From Gemmatimonadales bacterium (lineage in GTDB: Bacteria; Gemmatimonadota; Gemmatimonadetes; Gemmatimonadales; GWC2-71-9): DNA of 44,947 bases. How positions within the stretch are numbered: position 1 is the stretch's first letter; the number at the start of each line of letters is the position of its first letter. A program made the translations under genes and the position numbers. The stretch lies in assembly GCA_041613315.1 (NCBI GenBank), contig JBFJHJ010000029.1:1-44947 (forward strand), in the 5' to 3' direction. Of the stretch, positions 43,432 through 44,947 are shown in pieces. The notes beneath the pieces were generated by a model that saw only the letters and a list, made by a program, of their open reading frames with translations, was not told the DNA's origin and did not search any database.

Positions 43432-44550
43432 TCACGCCGACTCTTTCGCCTCCTCGTCGGCGCCGGCCCGTGTGCGCCGGGCCCGCCGGCGCGCGCTCTT
43501 GAGCTTGAGCTCGAGGTCGCTCGGGTGCGGGGCCGCGGCCCGCGCCACCTCCTCCGAGACGATCTCCGCCTCGACCAGATCGACCAGGTGCTGCTCGAAC
43601 GTCTGCGACCCCACCTCGTCACGCTCCTTCTCCATGAGCGCGCGAAGCTCCTCCAGGCGTCCGGCATCACGGATCAGGTCCCGTGCAGCCTCCGTGCCGA
43701 CCAGCATCTCGACCGCCGGGTACCGGCCCCTGCCGTCTGCCCGCAGAAGAAGGCGCTGCGCCACGATGCCCACCAGGGTGTCGGCCAGTCGGAGCCGCAC
43801 GATCTCCTGTTCCTCCGCCGGAAACGTCGCGGCCACGCGAGCAAGCGTCGTCGTCACATCCGGCGTCGGCATCGCCGAGATGACCAGGTGCCCCATCTCG
43901 GCGGCCCTCATCGACAGGTCGGTCACGTCGGCGTCCCGCATCTCACCGATCAGGATCACGTCCGGATCCTGCCGGAGCGCCGCCCGTACCCCGGTGCGGA
44001 CGCTCGGTGTGTCGGGTCCGATCTCCCGCTGCGTGACGGAGCTGTTCAGGTCGCGGTGCAGATATTCGATTGGGTTCTCCAGCGTGACGATGTGCTTGCT
44101 GGCATGCTGGTTGATGTGGTTGATGATGGCCGCCATCGTCGAGCTCTTCCCGCTCCCCCCACCGCCGGTGACCAGGACGAGCCCGCGATCCCGCATCGCC
44201 ATGCTCTCCAGGCCTCGCGGCAGGTTCAGGCGCTCGAAGGTGGGCACCTCGAACGGGATCACCCGCATCACGATCATGAAGGACGACCGCTGGCGCAGGA
44301 TGTTGACCCGGAAGCGTCCGATGCCAGCCGCACCCCAGGAACAGTCGTAGTCCTTGAGGGCGTCGATGCGCTTGCGGTCCTCCTCCACCGGGATCAGCCG
44401 GAGGGCGATCGCCTTAGTCTGCTCCGGCGTGAGGCGCTGTTTCGTGAGGGGCACGAGCTCGCCGTCGATCCGCGCCCGAAAGACGTCCCCCGCCTTCACG
44501 TGCACGTCGGACGCCCCGCGTTCTACGGCCGCCTTGATGATGTTCTCCAT
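43432..44550 (-). CDS. PilT/PilU-family ATPase (divergent paralogue)
   Basis: ASDVH, RFRVN, GSGKSST, QREIG, ALRQDPDVILIGEMRD, AQRL. Confidence 0.9.
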   Translation of the reverse strand: MENIIKAAVERGASDVHVKAGDVFRARIDGELVPLTKQRLTPEQTKAIALRLIPVEEDRKRIDALKDYDCSWGAAGIGRFRVNILRQRSSFMIVMRVIPFEVPTFERLNLPRGLESMAMRDRGLVLVTGGGGSGKSSTMAAIINHINQHASKHIVTLENPIEYLHRDLNSSVTQREIGPDTPSVRTGVRAALRQDPDVILIGEMRDADVTDLSMRAAEMGHLVISAMPTPDVTTTLARVAATFPAEEQEIVRLRLADTLVGIVAQRLLLRADGRGRYPAVEMLVGTEAARDLIRDAGRLEELRALMEKERDEVGSQTFEQHLVDLVEAEIVSEEVARAAAPHPSDLELKLKSARRRARRTRAGADEEAKESA

Positions 44551-44555
44551 ACGGC

Positions 44556-44947
44556 TCAGTACCCGGCCTCGGGATTGACCACGTTCTTGAGACGCCGCGC
44601 GGCTCTATAGCGGCGGATATTGTCGACGATCAGCGCGGTCTCACGCTCCCAAAATTGCGCCGTCACGCCGCTCACGTGCGGCGTCACGAGCACCCGCGGA
44701 TGCGCCCAGAACGGGTGCGTCGGCGGCAGCGGCTCACTCGCGAAGACGTCCAGCACGCACGCCGCGAGGTGCCCCGCGTCGAGCGCGCGGCGCAGGGCCT
44801 CCTCGTCCACCAGGGCGCCCCGGGCGAGATTCACCAGGTAGGCCCCCGCGGGAAGCGCGGCGAGGACCGACGCCCCGACCAGCCCCACGGTCTCGGGCGT
44901 CTCCGGCGCCGCGACCACCAGCACGTCGGAACGGGCGGCGAGTCGCG
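44556..44947 (-). CDS. D-2-hydroxyacid dehydrogenase (C-terminal part; 5' end outside the window)
   Basis: PETPET, VNLARG, LDVFASEPL, TPHVSG, NVVNPEAGY. Confidence 0.9.
   Translation of the reverse strand, partial: RLAARSDVLVVAAPETPETVGLVGASVLAALPAGAYLVNLARGALVDEEALRRALDAGHLAACVLDVFASEPLPPTHPFWAHPRVLVTPHVSGVTAQFWERETALIVDNIRRYRAARRLKNVVNPEAGY

Overview
A GC-rich bacterial chromosomal window, almost fully coding, with about 36 CDS. Gene content and order suggest Gemmatimonadota (inference). I found no rRNA, tRNA, CRISPR array, integrase or transposase. Contents in order: class II ribonucleotide reductase, gamma-CA-family protein, a zinc-ribbon Ser/Thr kinase with a TonB-C-like tail, a peptidase/propeller/Omp85 fusion and an amidase. 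Next comes a divergent operon of FHA protein, kinase, PP2C and FHA-trypsin, then anmK-murQ, ggt, a VirB10-like lipoprotein and a class I aldolase. An arginine/polyamine cluster follows (TIGR00300/ArgZ-C-like, Fur, pdaD, speB, ccdA), then priA. A long minus-strand run encodes GlyRS, an M3-like peptidase, an NSS transporter, a zincin, a small unknown protein, a ubiquitin-like protein, an HDAC-family enzyme and a methyltransferase. The window ends with glycerate kinase, an orphan wzc, purA, an M28 peptidase, a DapA-family lyase, a PilT paralogue and a partial 2-hydroxyacid dehydrogenase. Best leads: (1) a ubiquitin-like protein without Gly-Gly, coupled to an unknown partner and next to a deacetylase and methyltransferase; (2) an ~85-nt candidate sRNA with its own promoter and terminator between wzc and purA; (3) a purA leader with alternative pairings; (4) a trans-envelope phosphosignalling module among peptidoglycan-recycling genes. 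All calls are by-eye motif reading; no database searches or folding programs were run.
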